The notes beneath the pieces are model-generated. The model worked only from the letters and a program-made list of their open reading frames with translations. It ran no database searches and was not told the DNA's origin. A DNA stretch of 63,074 nt, counting the filler, from Asterionella formosa (Eukaryota): NCBI GenBank assembly GCA_002256025.1. It is 14 parts of 14 records of this genome, joined end to end, with 100 filler letters (N's around TTAATTAATTAA, not from the genome) between each part and the next. Parts side by side here need not be neighbours in the genome. Positions count along the whole stretch, not along the records: positions 60,205 to 61,589 come from NKIB01002703.1; positions 61,690 to 63,074 come from NKIB01002704.1; 12 more parts are not named here. One strand, given 5' to 3'. Positions within the stretch are counted from its first letter, which is position 1, and each line of letters starts with the position of its first letter. This document shows, one piece after another, positions 60,416 through 63,074 of the stretch. Position numbers and translations under genes: made by a program.

Positions 60416-63074
60416 GTTCTAAGAGGTTGAAGGTCGAGGAGGGTAAACAAATAGACAGACTGCTCTCATGCTGCTTGTCAAGAGTTATGATGATGATCCC
60501 AGTGAATTATTGCCCACATTGTTGGTGTATGGTGATTGTTGAGCAATAGCAAAACTGGTACGTTTGTCGAATATAGTAGTATAGACATATTATATACATT
60601 ATATATAAAATAAATTAAAATACGTTTGATTTGCCGAATGTAACTAGTATTTGTTCATTCCTAATAAAACATAATACATTTTTTTGTTTAAGGTGGTGCC
60701 TCAAGATTTGCGCAATATATTTCAATGCACGAAACAGGAATTGTATATTATAAGTTGGTTTTCATTTTTAGACTAGAGACTGCTGCGTGATGGTGTAATA
60801 TCTTTTTATGAATTATCAAGAAATTCAATTTTGAGGTGGAAGGGCTTCTGTTGTCAACACCAACACTGAGTTGCTCGTTCGTTTGGTTACAAAATTGACA
60901 GTACAGAGCTCCTGCCAATGAAAGCTTACTTATCATTCTCCACTAGTTAAATAATGGGTTTTCACATTACATTGAACAGGCAAATGGATGGCTAGTTGAA
61001 AGGCGGCATATAGATAGTCATTAAGATTTTAATTTGTCTTACTGGCTTGGAACCAGCACAATCAACAGGCACACAATTACTCTATGCTGCCACACAGGTT
61101 GTGCTGTTATGAGAACACCTGCTGTTGATCCCCACATAAAGGCACAAAATAGCGCCATCAAAATACACAGTAATTACTTTGCTTCTTTTCCTCAATGGAC
61201 TGGTGCGCTATTGTTGAGGTGACATGATGATGACAAATCATCACCAAGGACATCAAAGCAAACTGCTTGCAATAATTAAGTCTTCACCAACCAGATGAAT
61301 TTATAGATGGTGGTGATGAGGAGCGATCTAGATCTGCGAGTCCAAGAAAATTTGTAGTTGTCCGTTCCAAAAAGGCCTTTCATATTCTTTGATGACAATC
61401 TCCGAACCATCAGAACCATATCTCTACACTTCCGTGAGATTGCAGCTAAACAACAAGTCTCAAATTGCTTGATTTCTGATTCACCGACTCAAGTAGTTCA
61501 ATTCTATCCATGGCGATGTCCTTCAAATTGCAATCATTGTTGTATTTGCCAAATGGCGCAAAAAGGAGCCGGGCATCACCAGAAGTCTANNNNNNNNNNN
61601 NNNNNNNNNNNNNNNNNNNNNNNNNNNNNNNNNTTAATTAATTAANNNNNNNNNNNNNNNNNNNNNNNNNNNNNNNNNNNNNNNNNNNNCGAAATCTTCA
61701 GCATCAACATCCATTTCTACTTTCTCAATTGAAGTAGATGATGAACCTTTGTTTACCTGTTCCCTCAATCATCCAATTTTGGCAGACAATATTCAATATC
61801 CTCTGGAATATTACTCAATACATGATAGACAATTGCTGGATATACAATTGATTCTCAATCAAACAACTCATCTCATTCTCAATCAACAAACCAAACACAT
61901 CTGTTAAATTTTCCCTCTATCAATTTTCATCATATACATTTCATGTATTTTGTAAAGAATCCAGGAGATACTTGACGTATTGTTATTCCTACATCACTAT
62001 CGAATCCTATGGTACAGTTACTTTTCAACAAACTATGCATACAACGGAACGAATTAATATCCATTACATCAAACCTTTTCAAAGGTAAAAGGTTTTCCCT
62101 TGGTGTGGGAGAGTGAGCGATCTTGCGCATCAATACAGATGTATATAGGGTTAGTGTTATATCATATATGTATCAGAACTCAATAATGAGAGAACTCGAC
62201 TAACCCTCATTGTATACTTTGGTGTCGACTTGGAGAACGAGTTACACACAAGGATTAACAAATAAGCTCATATATTCAACAAATACTACTACTTCTAGTT
62301 AGATACTTCACCTGGTACCTGGTACCAGGTACCAGTACGCATGTGTGATGGATGTCTCGTCAGTCATCAAAAACCATTCAAAGGTATTCCGTCATAATGT
62401 GTATCATATATGCATTTACCGGTATATTTTTCATGGCCTATACCTCACAGTACCAGGTACTCCGCACGACGAACCCTCCTGTGCTGGCGATCATCGAGGA
62501 AATGAATTAGTCATATTTGAATATGTATACCAATACCCGTATGAACATATAAAGTACCCTGGTACTTCTTTTCGAATTGAATGTTCATACCGGTATTACA
62601 TACGCATATTACATTTATGGAATAAAATTGATAAATAATATTAATTATTACAGAGAAAGACCAGCTAAAAATGTATGGCGATGTTTGAATATATATATAT
62701 TGATCGTCCACCATCCTTCTTGCTTATCATCATTGACAAATACTTTTCATGATCATTCGACGATTGATCAATTACTAGTAATAATTTGAATTGGGACGTG
62801 GTGTGTCGAAAGGTAAGGGTACCTGGTACCTGGTACCAGGTAGTGCACAGTGGTATGTTGCAAATCAGCCGATGCATTGCGACGAAAGTCGTGATGTGGA
62901 AGCACAGGCTGATCATGGACTGACCAAAACCGCAGCGGAGTACGATGATTGTGCGACCACCGTGAAGGTCATCAATTTCGTGACAACCCCTTACTATTTC
63001 GGGTGGTTGTTGATGAATGCCAATACGGTATATAAGAAACATGTCAGTTATTGCACATGCATACAGCCATGTTC

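Noticed and set aside
22574..61689. Regularly spaced TTAATTAATTAA motif flanked by N runs, ~1.49-kb periodicity in the second half
   Set aside because: Artificial six-frame-stop linker between concatenated contigs. The periodicity reflects contigs of similar length, so adjacency across linkers has no biological meaning.
60690..63074. Coding-like remnants in the last two contigs
   Set aside because: All frames are interrupted and no family motif could be recognised with confidence.

Overview
This is eukaryotic, diatom-like (stramenopile) draft-assembly DNA, not one locus. It consists of 14 unrelated contigs (two of ~22.6 kb, twelve of ~1.39 kb) joined by artificial 100-bp linkers (N44-TTAATTAATTAA-N44). 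Contig 1 (1-22573) is mostly decayed transposon DNA: a Plavaka-like DNA transposon with accessory ORF remnants, an RT-RNase H LINE, and TTAA-flanked non-autonomous elements. It ends with two intact genes, a METTL21-family lysine methyltransferase and a MYND-finger/UBE3D(HECT_2)-like protein. Contig 2 (22674-45238) is gene-rich: an 830-aa spliced hypothetical protein, a small spliced ubiquitin-like protein with tandem SIM-like motifs (incomplete in the ORF track), SGT1, an ankyrin protein, a putatively plastid-targeted WW-PP2C phosphatase and a PH/coiled-coil/PDZ-like protein. These genes are separated by mariner, Harbinger, hAT-like and MITE remnants. The small contigs hold fragments of Copia, pogo, Plavaka-like and DIRS-type tyrosine recombinase elements, plus ARM-repeat, LRR and ABCB genes. 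The most notable unannotated signals are (i) pervasive TA-(CCGG/CCWGG/C/GC)-TA micro-insertions that build arrays upstream of genes and behave like accumulated transposon excision footprints, (ii) a repeat family with a position-conserved, co-varying inverted repeat, and (iii) several unusual domain architectures. All family assignments come from motif recognition, not database searches.
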